A DNA stretch of 62,416 bases, filler included. It is 6 parts of 6 records of this genome, joined end to end, with 100 filler letters (N's around TTAATTAATTAA, not from the genome) between each part and the next. Parts side by side here need not be neighbours in the genome. Positions count along the whole stretch, not along the records: positions 7,826 to 21,469 come from SRR2962707_2363; positions 21,570 to 35,295 come from SRR2962707_2368; 4 more parts are not named here. One strand, written 5' to 3'. How positions within the stretch are numbered: position 1 is the stretch's first letter; each line of letters starts with the position of its first letter. Position numbers and translations under genes: made by a program. This document shows, piece by piece, positions 18,455 to 29,871 of this stretch. The notes beneath the pieces were generated by a model. That model had not been told where the DNA came from and did not search any database. It worked only from the letters and a program-made list of their open reading frames with translations.

Positions 18455-19915
18455 TCAGCCCGTCAGCTTTGAAAGGTCCGGGGGCGCCAGCGCCAGCGCC
18501 GGGTGCGCCCTGATTTTCGCCTCAATCGCGTTTGCCGCCGCCAGCAGATCGAGATCGCCGCGCCGCTTGCCGACGACCTGCACCCCGAACGGCATGCCCA
18601 GCGCATCGACGCCCGCCGGGATCGCGATCACCGGATGCCCGGTCAGGGTCAGCGCAGAGCGGATCAGCGAGGCATCGACGTAGTTCTCCATCACCTTGCC
18701 GCCGACGGACTTGGGAATGCCGTCCTTGATCAGGAACGGCGACACCGCGTTGCCCGGCACGATCAGCAGATCGATATCGGCAAAGAACGCCTCGAACGCC
18801 TTGTAGAGTTTTGTCCAGGCCCGCTCGGCCCTTGCCACGTCGGGCAGCGTCATCGACAGACCGGCTTCGTAGTTGCTGACGATGCTCGGCGACAGCAGAT
18901 CGCGATGTTTCGCCACCCGCTCTTCGTGACTGGCCACGTAATAGACACAGCGCAGCGTCCAGAAGATATCCCGGGCATCGGTGAAATCCGGATCGTGCGC
19001 CCCGCTTTCCCCGAACCACGGCGCAATTTCCTGCATCACCGCGGCAAAGCTGGTGCGGATACCGTCGTCAATCGGGGCCGAGCCGCCGAAGTCCGTCGAC
19101 CACGCCATGCGCAGTTGCGACAGGTCACAGTCGGGCAGATCGATGAAATCGTCCGGCGCACACGGCCCCGCCAGGGCATCGCGCCCGTCATTCCCGGCCA
19201 GCCCGGCCATCATCAGCGATGCGTCGGCGACGCTCCGGCCCATCGGTCCCTGCACGCTGAAATGGGTGTAATTCAGGGTCCGCGCTTCGCGCGCCACCAG
19301 CCCCGGCGTCGGACGGAACCCGACGACCCCGCACCACGTCGCCGGATTGCGGAGACTGCCGCCGGTATCGCTGCCGTGCGCCAGCGGCAGCATGCCCGTG
19401 GCCAGCGCCGCCGCCGAGCCGCCGGACGAGCCGCCCGGCGTCCGCTCCACGTTGTAGGGATTGCGTGTCGGCCCGAAGACCCGGTTGGTGGTATTGGAGC
19501 CGGAGCCGAACTCCGGGGTGTTGGTCTTGGCGAGCACGATGGCGCCGGCGGCCCGCAGCCGCGCCACCATCGCCTCGTCGGTGTCGGGCACGTCGTTTTC
19601 ATGCAGCAAGGAACCGAACGTGGTGCGCAGCCCCGCCGTGATGTTGAGATCCTTGATCCCGACCGGCAGCCCGCTCAGCGGCCCTATCACGTCTCCTGCC
19701 GCATCGCCCGCTGCATCCCCTGACGCAAAGGCTTTCTCGGCCGCCGCTGCTTCCCGGCGCGCCCGTGCCTCATCTATCGCCGTGATCGCATTAACGGTGC
19801 CGTTGAGGCTCTCGATGCGTGCAAGGCAGCTGTCGAGCAGTTCAACCGGCGACAGCTCCCGCGCCTTCATCAGACGCCGCGCGTCGACCGCGCTCAGATC
19901 ACAGGGATGGGTCAT
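18455..19915 (-). CDS. Amidase signature family enzyme
   Basis: GIKD, KTNTPEFG, GGSSGGSAAA, GSDTGGSLRNPA. Confidence 0.95.
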   Translation of the reverse strand: MTHPCDLSAVDARRLMKARELSPVELLDSCLARIESLNGTVNAITAIDEARARREAAAAEKAFASGDAAGDAAGDVIGPLSGLPVGIKDLNITAGLRTTFGSLLHENDVPDTDEAMVARLRAAGAIVLAKTNTPEFGSGSNTTNRVFGPTRNPYNVERTPGGSSGGSAAALATGMLPLAHGSDTGGSLRNPATWCGVVGFRPTPGLVAREARTLNYTHFSVQGPMGRSVADASLMMAGLAGNDGRDALAGPCAPDDFIDLPDCDLSQLRMAWSTDFGGSAPIDDGIRTSFAAVMQEIAPWFGESGAHDPDFTDARDIFWTLRCVYYVASHEERVAKHRDLLSPSIVSNYEAGLSMTLPDVARAERAWTKLYKAFEAFFADIDLLIVPGNAVSPFLIKDGIPKSVGGKVMENYVDASLIRSALTLTGHPVIAIPAGVDALGMPFGVQVVGKRRGDLDLLAAANAIEAKIRAHPALALAPPDLSKLTG

Positions 19916-20093
19916 TGGAGCACCCTTTCCGGTTGTTGTTCATAGTGCCTTAGAAGATACCGGTCGAATGGTATAACCGACGAAGCGCTGTGACGTATTT
20001 TAGGTACTGAGATTAACACACGCGGGATTCCAGCAAAACATCGTTCGCTCACTCTAGCGCCTCAGTGCTGCGTGAATTAGGGTTCGACCAACG

Positions 20094-21370
20094 TCAAATT
20101 CCCTTACTGACATCAAGGAATCCAAGATATCGAAGCGAATTACGTGACCTACCGTTATTGATTGGCAACTCATCAGATCGAAGCCAAGCGAGCAGTTCTG
20201 CGATGGTGTTGGCACCGACACCATGGAGCTTCTTGCCGCTCTCGTATTGACATTGCTCAATCCTGTCGACGAGGTACCCATTTCCGTGCAAAAGCTGGAT
20301 AAGGATATCGCGCAAGTCGCCCAGCTTGTTGTTAGACAAGAATACCTTTTTGTAATTGTTATACCCTTTACCGAACCGGCGGCCATGCCCACTGAACGCA
20401 TGGCAACACCAAAGTCCATCATATATCTCGCTTTTCGATAGTACCCTTATCTTTTGCGCCGACCCGAAATAATCATCAAGGTCTTCATGCACGACAGGCA
20501 CATGATTTTTTAAATATTCCCAATCCGCTTCAAACCATGAATTAAGGCATTCCTGAATATGATTTTCCATGCGTTTCGGTGTCCGCCGTGGCGGTGATTT
20601 ATAGTCTTCATCTCTACGTCGTCGCTCGTTCAGATAGCTAAGAAACTGATCGATTTCTAAGTTGAGAGGTATGTTCTTGGGCGCATCTGGATGACGCCCG
20701 CGGGCTCGATAAATATTCGTAAGATTTTGGTACGCAATTAGGAATTCTTGATAACGTTGTTTGAATGAAAAACGACGTCTGGCCGTGTCACGATTGCTTA
20801 TTCGGCGACGCGGATGCGTTGATGTGCGCTTTGGCAATCGAGAGTTCTTAAAAGCATCGGAAACGTCTTTGTCGAATGACGATGTATTCCGCGCGCCGTG
20901 TTTGCGTTTGATCTGCTCGACTTTTTTTAAGGTCTCGTTCGAAAGCACGAATGCATTTTCCAATAGTATTCGAAAATCTGAACCAGATTCCGAAGCGCAC
21001 GTTTATTTCGCCCGGGAATCCTTACGCTTACCTCGGCATTAGCCGACATACCGTTTCCAGTTAGGTTGGCCGAACCGACGACAGCGAAGTCGTTTCCAAA
21101 AATGTACAGTTTTGGATGGAACATTGGGTCAACGAAGTATTTTACGTCGATACGAGGATCAGCGAAGAATCTTTTTAGCGCCTGCACATCAAGGCTTTGA
21201 TTCAATCCGACGACCATTTCGACTTTGCACTTCCGGTCCAAAAGGGTATCGACAAGGTCCGCGTTGCTAAAAAATGCCGTCGCTATCCGAACGTGGCTTT
21301 CTGCATGATTGTAAGATTTGAAAACGTGATGGAGTTCTTTCTCGGGCTCACTGTTATCGTAAATATCCAC
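20094..21370 (-). pseudogene. PLD-family (NgoFVII/BfiI-like) nuclease with a C-terminal helical domain, split by a one-base frameshift near 20956-20962
   Basis: Upstream ORF has IATAFFS, HPKLYIF, GSANLT and ends FEYYW-KMH; the overlapping frame continues ENAFVLSNE; GTG start at 21370 follows GGAGG; visibly lower GC than the flanks. Confidence 0.75.
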
Positions 21371-21469
21371 CTCAACCTCCACTATACTACTTAATATTGC
21401 ATGTCGGGCAGATTAAGTAACCAATGGAGGAACAACAACAACAAAACCCCGCGAACCGTTGCCGGCTGC

Positions 21470-21569
21470 NNNNNNNNNNNNNNNNNNNNNNNNNNNNNNN
21501 NNNNNNNNNNNNNTTAATTAATTAANNNNNNNNNNNNNNNNNNNNNNNNNNNNNNNNNNNNNNNNNNNN
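21470..21569. other. Artificial contig spacer
   Basis: N44-TTAATTAATTAA-N44. Confidence 0.99.
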
Positions 21570-21570
21570 C

Positions 21571-21759
21571 TGGATGCCGGTGATCTTCACCTTCATGCTG
21601 GCGAGCTTCCCTGCAGGCCTCGTGATCTACTGGGCATGGAACAATACGCTTTCGGTGATCCAGCAGGGCGTGATCATGAGGCGGCAGGGCGTCAAGATCG
21701 AGATTTTCAGCAATCTCGGCCTCGACAAGCTGCGGGGCAGCGGCAAGACAAAGACCTGA
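21571..21759 (+). CDS. yidC: Membrane protein insertase YidC, C-terminal fragment
   Basis: [32 protein letters not shown]; followed by engB. Confidence 0.93.
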   Translation, partial: WMPVIFTFMLASFPAGLVIYWAWNNTLSVIQQGVIMRRQGVKIEIFSNLGLDKLRGSGKTKT

Positions 21760-21761
21760 CG

Positions 21762-22460
21762 ATGACTGGCGCCCCGAACGAAGAAAACCCTCTCGACACA
21801 CCGGACATCGAGACGGGGCGCTGGCTTTTCTCGCAGCCTTGCGAATTCGTGCGCGGCGTCGTGGAGATGAAAGGCCTGCCGGTGACGGCGCTTGCCGAAG
21901 TCGCCTTCGCGGGACGCTCCAATGTCGGCAAGTCGAGCCTGATCAACGCGCTGACCGGGCGCAAGACGCTGGCGCGCACATCGAACACGCCGGGCCGCAC
22001 CAAGGAACTGAACTTCTTCACGCTGGGGCCGAACCAGACGCCCGCCATCATGCTGGTGGACCTTCCGGGCTACGGCTATGCGCGCGAGACGAAATCGCGT
22101 GTGAACCAGTGGACCGCGCTTGTCATGTCCTATCTCAGGGGCCGCGCGCCGCTTCGCCGCGTCTTCGTGCTGATCGATGCGCGTCATGGTCTGAAGGAAA
22201 ACGACCATGAGGTGATGGCGATGCTCGACGAGACGGCCGTCTCCTATCAGATCATTCTCACCAAGGCCGACAAGCTGAAGACCGGCGAGATCGATATCCG
22301 CCTCGACGAGGTGCGCCAACATCTGCGCGCCCATGTCGCGGCCCATCCCCGCATCATCGCGACATCGAGCGAGAAAGGAACCGGCATTGCCGAGCTCCGG
22401 GCGGAGATTGCCTCGCTGGCCGATCCAGCGGCGCTGGGGTATAAATCGCGAGCCAACTGA
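21762..22460 (+). CDS. engB: Ribosome biogenesis GTPase YihA/EngB
   Basis: [31 protein letters not shown]. Confidence 0.96.
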   Translation: MTGAPNEENPLDTPDIETGRWLFSQPCEFVRGVVEMKGLPVTALAEVAFAGRSNVGKSSLINALTGRKTLARTSNTPGRTKELNFFTLGPNQTPAIMLVDLPGYGYARETKSRVNQWTALVMSYLRGRAPLRRVFVLIDARHGLKENDHEVMAMLDETAVSYQIILTKADKLKTGEIDIRLDEVRQHLRAHVAAHPRIIATSSEKGTGIAELRAEIASLADPAALGYKSRAN

Positions 22461-22494
22461 ACAGGCGGGCCGGGCCGAGGGAGAGCGGAAGCGC

Positions 22495-23397
22495 ATGCCG
22501 GATACGACGAACAAGGACGAAAACAGGCTCGAAAGGGCTCGCATTCTCTCCGAAGCCCTGCCCTTCATGCAGCGCTACGACAAGCAGACCGTCGTCGTGA
22601 AATACGGCGGCCATGCCATGGGAGACGACACTCTCGGCGCCGAATTCGCACGCGACATCGTTATGTTGAAGCAGGCGGGCCTGAACCCCATCGTCGTGCA
22701 TGGCGGCGGGCCGCAGATCGGCGCCATGCTGACAAGGCTCGGCATCAAGAGCGAGTTTTCAGGTGGCTTGCGCATCACCGACAAGGCGACCGTCGAGATC
22801 GTCGAAATGGTGCTGGCGGGCTCGATCAACAAACAGATCGTGGCGCAGCTCAACCAGGCGGGCGGGCGCGCTGTCGGGCTTTGCGGCAAGGATGGCAACC
22901 TGATCGTCGCGCGCAAGGTCGAGCACAAGGTTCACGACCCGGAATCCAACATCGAAAAAATTCTCGATCTCGGCTTTGTCGGCGAACCGGACAAGATCAA
23001 CCCGGAAATCCTGCAGGTTATCCAGAAGTCGGACATCATCCCGGTGATTGCGCCGGTCGGCTTTTCGGCGGATGGCCACACCTACAACATCAACGCAGAT
23101 ACGGCGGCGGGCGCCATCGCCGCTGCGATGGGCGCGACGCGGCTGCTGCTCCTCACCGATGTCAGCGGCGTGCTCGACAAGCAGGGCAAGCTGATGGAGG
23201 CGCTGAGTGTTGCGCAAGCGAAGGCGCTCATGAAGGACGGCACCATTTCGGGCGGCATGATTCCGAAGCTCGAAACCTGCATCGAATCCGTCGAGGGCGG
23301 CGTCGAAGCCGTGGTCATTCTCGACGGCCGTGTGCGTCACGCTGTCCTGCTCGAACTTTTCACGGAGCTCGGCGCAGGCACGCTTATCCAGAACTGA
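22495..23397 (+). CDS. argB: Acetylglutamate kinase
   Basis: [33 protein letters not shown]. Confidence 0.97.
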   Translation: MPDTTNKDENRLERARILSEALPFMQRYDKQTVVVKYGGHAMGDDTLGAEFARDIVMLKQAGLNPIVVHGGGPQIGAMLTRLGIKSEFSGGLRITDKATVEIVEMVLAGSINKQIVAQLNQAGGRAVGLCGKDGNLIVARKVEHKVHDPESNIEKILDLGFVGEPDKINPEILQVIQKSDIIPVIAPVGFSADGHTYNINADTAAGAIAAAMGATRLLLLTDVSGVLDKQGKLMEALSVAQAKALMKDGTISGGMIPKLETCIESVEGGVEAVVILDGRVRHAVLLELFTELGAGTLIQN

Positions 23398-23465
23398 GGC
23401 GTTCTGCCTTTTCTCTCAGCGCTTTCGGATGCTAAGGTTCGCCAATTGGGGAAGCGTCCGAATTC

Positions 23466-24467
23466 ATGAGACATGGTCTGCAGATAGCTGCCGCCGCACT
23501 TCTTTGCTGGCTTGTTCTGCCAGCGGCGGCGCATGCCGAATTCCGTTTTTGCAACAAGACGAGCTACGTGCTCGACAGCGCCATTGCGTTCGATACGGAC
23601 GGCAAATGGAAGAGCCGCGGCTGGATGCGCATACCGCCGGGCGACTGCAAGGACGTGCTCGAAGGAGCGGTGGGCGAGCAGGACTATTTCGTTTTCGCGC
23701 GGTCCATCGATGCGCATGAAGGCAGCATCAAGTATTTCTCCGGCAATACCGGCTTTTGCATTGTCGACGGCGCTTTCGAAATCGAAGGCCGCGAGCAATG
23801 CGCGATGCGAGGATACGATTCTGCTGATTTCCTGCGCGTGCAGCCGACGGCGGGCGAGAACTGGACGACGACTTTCGCCGAAGCAGGAGATTATACGGCG
23901 GATGAAGCGCGCATCGCTGGCGCACAACGGCTGCTCAAGGATATCGGCTTCGCATTGAAGCAGATCGACGGCATTGCGGCGCGGAACACGTTGCGCGCTG
24001 TCGAAGCCTTCCAGCGCTCGGAAAAGGAGACCGCCACCGGGCGGATCGACGACACGCTGATCGAGCAACTGATTTCCCGGGCCACGGCGGAGCAGGAAAG
24101 TCTCGGCCTCAATTTTTGCAATCGCACCGACGAACTCATCTGGGCGGCTGTCGGATACCGCAATGGCGAGGACGACATGTCGAGCGGCTGGATTCGCATC
24201 GAACCCGGCGGCTGCCGGAAAGCGATCAAGGGCAAGCTCGGCGAAGACGCCTACTATGTCTATGCCGAGGCAGTGGACGATACCGGCGCGATTGCGCGTC
24301 GTCAGGGTGCGGCGCTGATCTGGGGCGGCAACGACAGCTTCTGCACGAAATCGACGCGCTTCGAAATTCGGGGACGCGAGCGCTGCATGGCGCGCGGCTT
24401 CGACGAGCGTGGGTTCATGCGGATCGATACGGAAGGTGAGCCGTTTCGCAGGGTCGATTTCGACTAG
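23466..24467 (+). CDS. Secreted protein with two DUF1036-like domains around a peptidoglycan-binding domain
   Basis: Signal peptide; repeated FCN(K/R)T...GW.RI.PG.C...FC...FEI.GRE.C..RG(Y/F)D; central AQRLL...IDGI...T..AV.AFQ. Confidence 0.8.
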   Translation: MRHGLQIAAAALLCWLVLPAAAHAEFRFCNKTSYVLDSAIAFDTDGKWKSRGWMRIPPGDCKDVLEGAVGEQDYFVFARSIDAHEGSIKYFSGNTGFCIVDGAFEIEGREQCAMRGYDSADFLRVQPTAGENWTTTFAEAGDYTADEARIAGAQRLLKDIGFALKQIDGIAARNTLRAVEAFQRSEKETATGRIDDTLIEQLISRATAEQESLGLNFCNRTDELIWAAVGYRNGEDDMSSGWIRIEPGGCRKAIKGKLGEDAYYVYAEAVDDTGAIARRQGAALIWGGNDSFCTKSTRFEIRGRERCMARGFDERGFMRIDTEGEPFRRVDFD

Positions 24468-25747
24468 GTACCGCGCGAAGTGCTGCCGGCGTCGATCCCG
24501 AAATATTGCAAGTGCCAGCGTATCTCGTTTTCCTGAAGCGGATAGTCGATACCTTCGCGGGGCAGCACGAGGTTGCCTGAAGGTACATGCGCAATATGTG
24601 TCTGAACCGCGAGGGCGGTGCGCATGGCAAGCCCGGCCTTCCAGCAGAGGGCGGTGATGCCACGACCGCTCTGGGAATCAATGACTGTCTCGACCATATA
24701 GACGGGGACGCCCGCGAGAAGCGACAGCGCGGAGACGACGGGCTGACGATGCGATAAGGTCGCGGCACCCGTCACAATTTCATCTCCGAGGCGGCCTTGC
24801 TCAAAAGCGGTCTGGATCGCTTCGACGGTGAGCGGCTTTCCTTCTCCCGTCTCCTCGCTTTCGATTGCCGCCTGGGCGCGGGCCTTTAGCCACAGAGACG
24901 TGTCCTCGTCGAGCCCGTGCTTGCTGCCGAGTTCGTCGATCAGGGAGCGCGATACGAACGTCGCGATGCGACGCATCGCGCGGACGGAAAGGTCGGTGCG
25001 CATCACGAGAGGCCGGTGCCAGGCTTCGATGCCTGCCGCCTGCGCGATCACCTTGTTCAGCGTTTCATCCCGAATTTCCGCCTTTGCATTGGCGAGGAGC
25101 TGCGCCACCGCCGACACGTCGAGCGTCGCCGCGACAGCATCCGAAACACACCCATCAAGACGGTCGCGCCTCGCGACCGCCTCGACCGCGCCCTGTACGC
25201 GCGTCGTCGCGACAATCTCGATCAGATCTTCGTCGGAAAGCAGAGGCGAGTATTGCAGCATCGGTCCGCAGACTGCGATTTCGGCATCGCGCGCGAGCCG
25301 GAGGGCGAGGCGGTGTGGAATGCCCAGACAATGTGAAACTTCACGGGCGACGATCACGCGTACGCGCGGCAACTCGTCTTCCGCCAGCTTCTCAAGAAGA
25401 TCGACGGTTCGCGCCTGTAGCGCGGTCAGGTCGCCTGCGGGCAGGTCGGGCATGAGGCGGCCGATCTTGCGCGCCAGTTCCTCGCGCACCTCCACATCGG
25501 CATCCGTGCGCAGAAGCTCGTCCGCCTGAATGGGGGCGGCCGGGTTTGCGGCGACGAGGCTTCGCACTTCGAGGTCGTCGTCGCAGGCGAGATAGTAGAG
25601 GGCTTCGGGCGGTGCATCGTCGCGGCCCGCCAGTTCGCGCTTCACCGCGAGATGATGGCTCTCCAGCACATGGCGCGCGTCTTCGTAGCGAAGCTCCGCA
25701 GGGAGCTTCTGTCGGCCGAACAGACGGGATAGCAGGCTGAACGCCAT
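24464..25747 (-). CDS. DUF2336 family protein
   Basis: LARDAEIAVCGPMLQYSPLLSDEDL, ALCWKAGL; helical repeats. Confidence 0.85.
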   Translation of the reverse strand: MAFSLLSRLFGRQKLPAELRYEDARHVLESHHLAVKRELAGRDDAPPEALYYLACDDDLEVRSLVAANPAAPIQADELLRTDADVEVREELARKIGRLMPDLPAGDLTALQARTVDLLEKLAEDELPRVRVIVAREVSHCLGIPHRLALRLARDAEIAVCGPMLQYSPLLSDEDLIEIVATTRVQGAVEAVARRDRLDGCVSDAVAATLDVSAVAQLLANAKAEIRDETLNKVIAQAAGIEAWHRPLVMRTDLSVRAMRRIATFVSRSLIDELGSKHGLDEDTSLWLKARAQAAIESEETGEGKPLTVEAIQTAFEQGRLGDEIVTGAATLSHRQPVVSALSLLAGVPVYMVETVIDSQSGRGITALCWKAGLAMRTALAVQTHIAHVPSGNLVLPREGIDYPLQENEIRWHLQYFGIDAGSTSRGT

Positions 25748-25801
25748 TCTTTCTCCGGGGGCGAGCGCACAATGAACTGCCTGAGTTTCGGGCTCTCGCG
25801 A

Positions 25802-25816
25802 TTAACACTCGATTAA
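25802..25816. promoter_or_regulatory. CtrA-type binding box TTAA-N7-TTAA
   Basis: TTAA-CACTCGA-TTAA in a GC-rich divergent intergenic region, about 55 bp upstream of the DUF2336 start. Confidence 0.65.
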
Positions 25817-25880
25817 TCCCCCTCTTTTCGGACGCTTTCGGGTGCTTGCCAGCGGACGCTGAAAACGGCACATATGGCCC

Positions 25881-26615
25881 ATGCAGTCTCCCGGCTCCCC
25901 TCCGCTCGAAGCACCCCGTGGTTTCGCCCATGTCGAAACCTGGGTTTTCGATCTCGACAACACGCTCTACCCGCCCGCCTGCGATCTCTTCGCGCAGGTC
26001 GACCAGCGGATGACCGCCTTTATCGGTGACTATCTGAAGGTCGACGCCATTGAGGCGCGGCGCATCCAGAAGGATTTCTACGTCGAGCACGGCACGACGC
26101 TGTCCGGCCTCATGACGGTCTACGGGCTCGAACCGGCCGGTTTTCTCGACTTCGTCCATGAGATCGACGTATCGGCGGTCGCCGCCGATGCCGCTCTCGG
26201 CGAGGCGATTGCGCGGTTGCCGGGCCGGAAGCTGATTTTCACCAACGGCTCGTGCGCCCATGCCGAAAATGTCGTCCGGCGCCTCGGCATCGATCATGTT
26301 TTCGACGGCATCTTCGACATTGTGGCGACGGCCTATGAACCGAAGCCCCGGCGGCGCGCCTATGAGCGCTTCGTGGAAGCGAGCGGGATCGAGCCCGCCC
26401 GTGCCGCCATGTTCGAGGATATCGCGCGCAACCTCGAAGTGCCGCACGCGCTCGGCATGACGACGGTCTGGGTGCGTCCCGGTCTCCCGGGCCCCGAGCG
26501 GCATCAGCAGATTTCACATGAAGGTGCCGATGGCGTCCACGTCCACCACGTCACGGAAAATCTCGGGGACTTTCTTCGCCGGGACTGTCTTACGCCGTCA
26601 GCGCCGGCCGAATAG
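25881..26615 (+). CDS. Pyrimidine 5'-nucleotidase (HAD superfamily)
   Basis: [26 protein letters not shown]. Confidence 0.92.
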   Translation: MQSPGSPPLEAPRGFAHVETWVFDLDNTLYPPACDLFAQVDQRMTAFIGDYLKVDAIEARRIQKDFYVEHGTTLSGLMTVYGLEPAGFLDFVHEIDVSAVAADAALGEAIARLPGRKLIFTNGSCAHAENVVRRLGIDHVFDGIFDIVATAYEPKPRRRAYERFVEASGIEPARAAMFEDIARNLEVPHALGMTTVWVRPGLPGPERHQQISHEGADGVHVHHVTENLGDFLRRDCLTPSAPAE

Positions 26616-28415
26616 CCGCTCGATATCCGAGAGCTTCAGTTCGACATAGGTCGGGCGGCCGTGATTGCACTGGCCGGAGTGCGGCGTCGCCTCCATCTCG
26701 CGGAGGAGCGCATTCATTTCTTCCGCCGTGAGCCGCCTGCCCGCGCGCACGGAGCCATGGCAGGCGATGGTGCCGCAAACCTCTTCCAACCGTTCTTTCA
26801 GCGACAGAGCCTCGTCGAGTTCGGCAAGGTCGTCCGCAAGATCGCGCACGAGGCCCGCCACATCGAGCTTGCCGAAGAGCGCCGGCACTTCGCGCACGAC
26901 AACCGCGCCGGGTCCGAAGCCTTCAAGCACAAACCCGAGTTCGGCAAGCTCGCCCGCACGCGCGACGATGCGCTCGGCCTCCGCCTCGTCGAGATCCACC
27001 ACTTCGGGGATGAGCAGCATCTGGCGCGTGACGCCCTTGGCCGCCATCGCCTTTTTCATGCGCTCATAGACGAGGCGTTCATGCGCCGCGTGCTGGTCGA
27101 CGATCACGATGCCGTCGGCCGTCTGGGCGATCACATAAGTTTCGTGAAGCTGGCCGCGCGCGACGCCGAGCGGCATGTCCGGGGCATCCACAATCTCCAG
27201 CGGTGCGTCGTCCACGCGCGCGGCGTGGCCGCCGAGATCGGTGAAGGCGCCCTGCCAGTCCGCCGCGCGTTCCGCGAAGCCCGGACGCGACGGCGGCGGC
27301 GAGGACCAGTGCGGTGCATATGAGGGCGCGCCGCCCGCCGCCGCCATTTCAGGCCGGATCACGCCGAGTGCCGCGCCCGCAACGGTTGTGGAGGCGCGGT
27401 GTCCTGCTTCGGCAAGCGCCCGCTTCAGCGCACCGACAATGAGCCCGCGCACGAGCCCCGCGTCGCGGAAGCGCACTTCCGCCTTTGCGGGATGCACGTT
27501 CACATCGACCTCGCGCGGATCGATACCGATGAAGAGCGCGACTGCGGGATGCCGGTCGCGGGCGAGGAAGTCCGCATAAGCGCCGCGCACCGCGCCGACG
27601 ATCAGCTTGTCGCGCACGGGCCGCCCGTTCACGAACAGATACTGCATCTGTGCCGTGCCGCGATTGTAGGTCGGCAGCCCTGCAAAGCCGGTGAGCCCGA
27701 TCCCCTCGCGCACCGCGTCAATCGCGAGCGCGTTCTGCTCGAAATCGCGGCCCATGATCGCGCCCAGGCGCGTCAGGCGTCCGCCCTCTCCCGGCAATTC
27801 CGGCTCGAGGCGCAGAAGGTTTCGTCCGCCGCTTGTCAGCGTAAAGCCCACCTCGGGATGCGCCATCGCCAGCCGCTTCACGACATCGGACACCGCCAGC
27901 GTCTCGGCGCGCTCGCTCTTCATGAATTTGAGGCGCGCGGGTGTTGCATAGAAAAGGTCGCGCACGTCGATCTGTGTGCCGCCACGGCCGGGCGCCGGTT
28001 CGACGTCGCCAGTGTGTCCGCCTTCGACCGAGATGCGATGTGCGGTGCCGCCATCCGGCGTGCGGCTCACGATGCCGAGCCGTGCGATGGCGCCGATCGA
28101 CGGCAGCGCCTCGCCGCGAAAACCAAGCGTCGCGATGTCGTGCAGGTCTTCCTGGCCGCTGCCATCTACCCTGAGTTTCGATGTCGCGTGACGCTCGACC
28201 GCGAGCGCCATTTCCTCGGCATCCATGCCGCTGCCGTCGTCGGTCACGCGGATGAGGTCGCGCCCGCCGCCTTCGACCACGATGTCGATATGGCGCGCGC
28301 CCGCGTCCAGCGCATTCTCGACCAGTTCCTTCACCGCGCTCGCGGGACGCTCCACCACTTCGCCGGCGGCGATGCGGTTGATCGTTCCCTCGCTGAGGCG
28401 GCGGATGCGGCTCAT
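26598..28415 (-). CDS. mutL: DNA mismatch repair endonuclease MutL
   Basis: [39 protein letters not shown]; true start is the ATG at 28415. Confidence 0.98.
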   Translation of the reverse strand: MSRIRRLSEGTINRIAAGEVVERPASAVKELVENALDAGARHIDIVVEGGGRDLIRVTDDGSGMDAEEMALAVERHATSKLRVDGSGQEDLHDIATLGFRGEALPSIGAIARLGIVSRTPDGGTAHRISVEGGHTGDVEPAPGRGGTQIDVRDLFYATPARLKFMKSERAETLAVSDVVKRLAMAHPEVGFTLTSGGRNLLRLEPELPGEGGRLTRLGAIMGRDFEQNALAIDAVREGIGLTGFAGLPTYNRGTAQMQYLFVNGRPVRDKLIVGAVRGAYADFLARDRHPAVALFIGIDPREVDVNVHPAKAEVRFRDAGLVRGLIVGALKRALAEAGHRASTTVAGAALGVIRPEMAAAGGAPSYAPHWSSPPPSRPGFAERAADWQGAFTDLGGHAARVDDAPLEIVDAPDMPLGVARGQLHETYVIAQTADGIVIVDQHAAHERLVYERMKKAMAAKGVTRQMLLIPEVVDLDEAEAERIVARAGELAELGFVLEGFGPGAVVVREVPALFGKLDVAGLVRDLADDLAELDEALSLKERLEEVCGTIACHGSVRAGRRLTAEEMNALLREMEATPHSGQCNHGRPTYVELKLSDIERLFGRR

Positions 28416-28420
28416 GGGCG

Positions 28421-29755
28421 TCAGGCTTTCCTTTCGGCGAGATATTTCCGCGCGAGAATCTTGCCCTCTTCGACCGCCGGCTGGTCGAACGGATCGACGC
28501 CGAGCAAGCGCCCCGCGATGATCGTCTCCAGCATGAAGTGCATGAAGAGAGCGCCAAGCGTCCGCTCGTCGAGCACGGGCAGCGTGAATGTGCGGACAGG
28601 CCGCCCGTTCTTCACCAGCGTGTCGGCGGTCGCGCGCTGTTCGGCATCGACGAGGTCGCCGATCTTGTGGCCTCCGAGGAAATCGAACTTCGTCTTCCCG
28701 GCAATTTCCGCCAGCGCCTCCGGGCCCTGCCCTTTCGTCTCGGTGACGAACAGGTTGAAGAGCTTGTCCTTCGGTCCGGCGAGCCAGAGCTGCAACTGGC
28801 TGTGCTGGTCGACGGGGCCGAGCGCCTTCACCGGCGTCGTGCCCTTGCCGTCCTTGCCGAGGCTTTCGGCCCAGAGCTGGCAGTACCAGGCGAGGAACCG
28901 TTCGAGCCGGTCGGCATAGGCGACGACGACGGACATGGATGTGCCCTTCTCCCGCGCCATCGCGACGGAGAGAGCGGCACCGGCGGCGGGAGCGACGTCC
29001 CGCGCGGTACGCCCGTCCAGCACCTGAGCAAGCACGGAGGCCGCGCCCGCGCGCACCGCCGCAATGTCGAGCCCCATCAGAAGCGCCGGCAGCAGCCCGA
29101 CATTGGTCAGCACCGCATAGCGTCCGCCAACGCCCGGATCGTGCTCCAGCGTCGGAAACTCGTTCGCTTCGGCGAGCGCGCGCATCGGGTTCGGCTTGCC
29201 GTCTTTCGCGGGCTCCGTCAGCACCGCGAAGTGATGTTTCATGTATTTTCCGCCGCCCGCCTTCTCGAGCGCGCTCATGGCGGCGAGCGTCTGGATCGCG
29301 GGCTCGACCGTGCCGCCCGATTTCGAGACGACGAGGAAGCGGGTCGTGCGCAGGTCCGCGTTGGTGAGAACGGCGTCCATCGTCGTCGCGTCGAGATTGT
29401 CTGGAATGTGGATGCGCACGCCCTTCTGGATATGCGCCTGCGTGCCCCAGCCGGTAAGCTGCGCCAGCGCCTGCGCGCCCAGCGCCGATCCACCGATCCC
29501 GAAGACAAAAATATCGGTCGTGTCGTCGAGAAGCTTTTCCGCGACTTCCTCTATCCGCGCGAGGTCGTCGGTGCGGGCGGGCACACGAAGCAGCGGAAGC
29601 TCGCCGCTCCCATGGACGGAGCGCAACCAGTCGAGCGCCTTCCCGGCCTCGGCCAGCGCGGCGTCGAAGCTCGCGGCGGACAATCCGCCCTCGCCGATCT
29701 TGTCGGAGAAACAATTATCGAGAGACTGGCGATAGGGCAGCTCTGTATCGGCCAT
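28421..29755 (-). CDS. pgi: Glucose-6-phosphate isomerase
   Basis: [45 protein letters not shown]. Confidence 0.95.
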   Translation of the reverse strand: MADTELPYRQSLDNCFSDKIGEGGLSAASFDAALAEAGKALDWLRSVHGSGELPLLRVPARTDDLARIEEVAEKLLDDTTDIFVFGIGGSALGAQALAQLTGWGTQAHIQKGVRIHIPDNLDATTMDAVLTNADLRTTRFLVVSKSGGTVEPAIQTLAAMSALEKAGGGKYMKHHFAVLTEPAKDGKPNPMRALAEANEFPTLEHDPGVGGRYAVLTNVGLLPALLMGLDIAAVRAGAASVLAQVLDGRTARDVAPAAGAALSVAMAREKGTSMSVVVAYADRLERFLAWYCQLWAESLGKDGKGTTPVKALGPVDQHSQLQLWLAGPKDKLFNLFVTETKGQGPEALAEIAGKTKFDFLGGHKIGDLVDAEQRATADTLVKNGRPVRTFTLPVLDERTLGALFMHFMLETIIAGRLLGVDPFDQPAVEEGKILARKYLAERKA

Positions 29756-29871
29756 TTACATATTCCATCGGTAAGGAAGGCGGGCCGGTGGAATCGCCTG
29801 AGCCCGGGGCAAGCGTAACAAGAACGCCAACGCGCGGCCAGCAGGCCGGTTCCGCCGAAGCGGCAGGGGCT

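Noticed and set aside
19691..19722. GDAAGDAAGD repeat in the amidase
   Set aside because: A short diverged loop duplication with no evident functional meaning.
21443..21469. AAAACCCCGC half-hairpin resembling the one at 18408, as a REP family
   Set aside because: Cut by the contig end and explained adequately as an ordinary terminator.
28416..29714. 1038-aa ORF suggesting a MutL with a long N-terminal fusion
   Set aside because: The extension is an Arg-rich off-frame shadow of pgi in GC-rich DNA. MutL starts at 28415.
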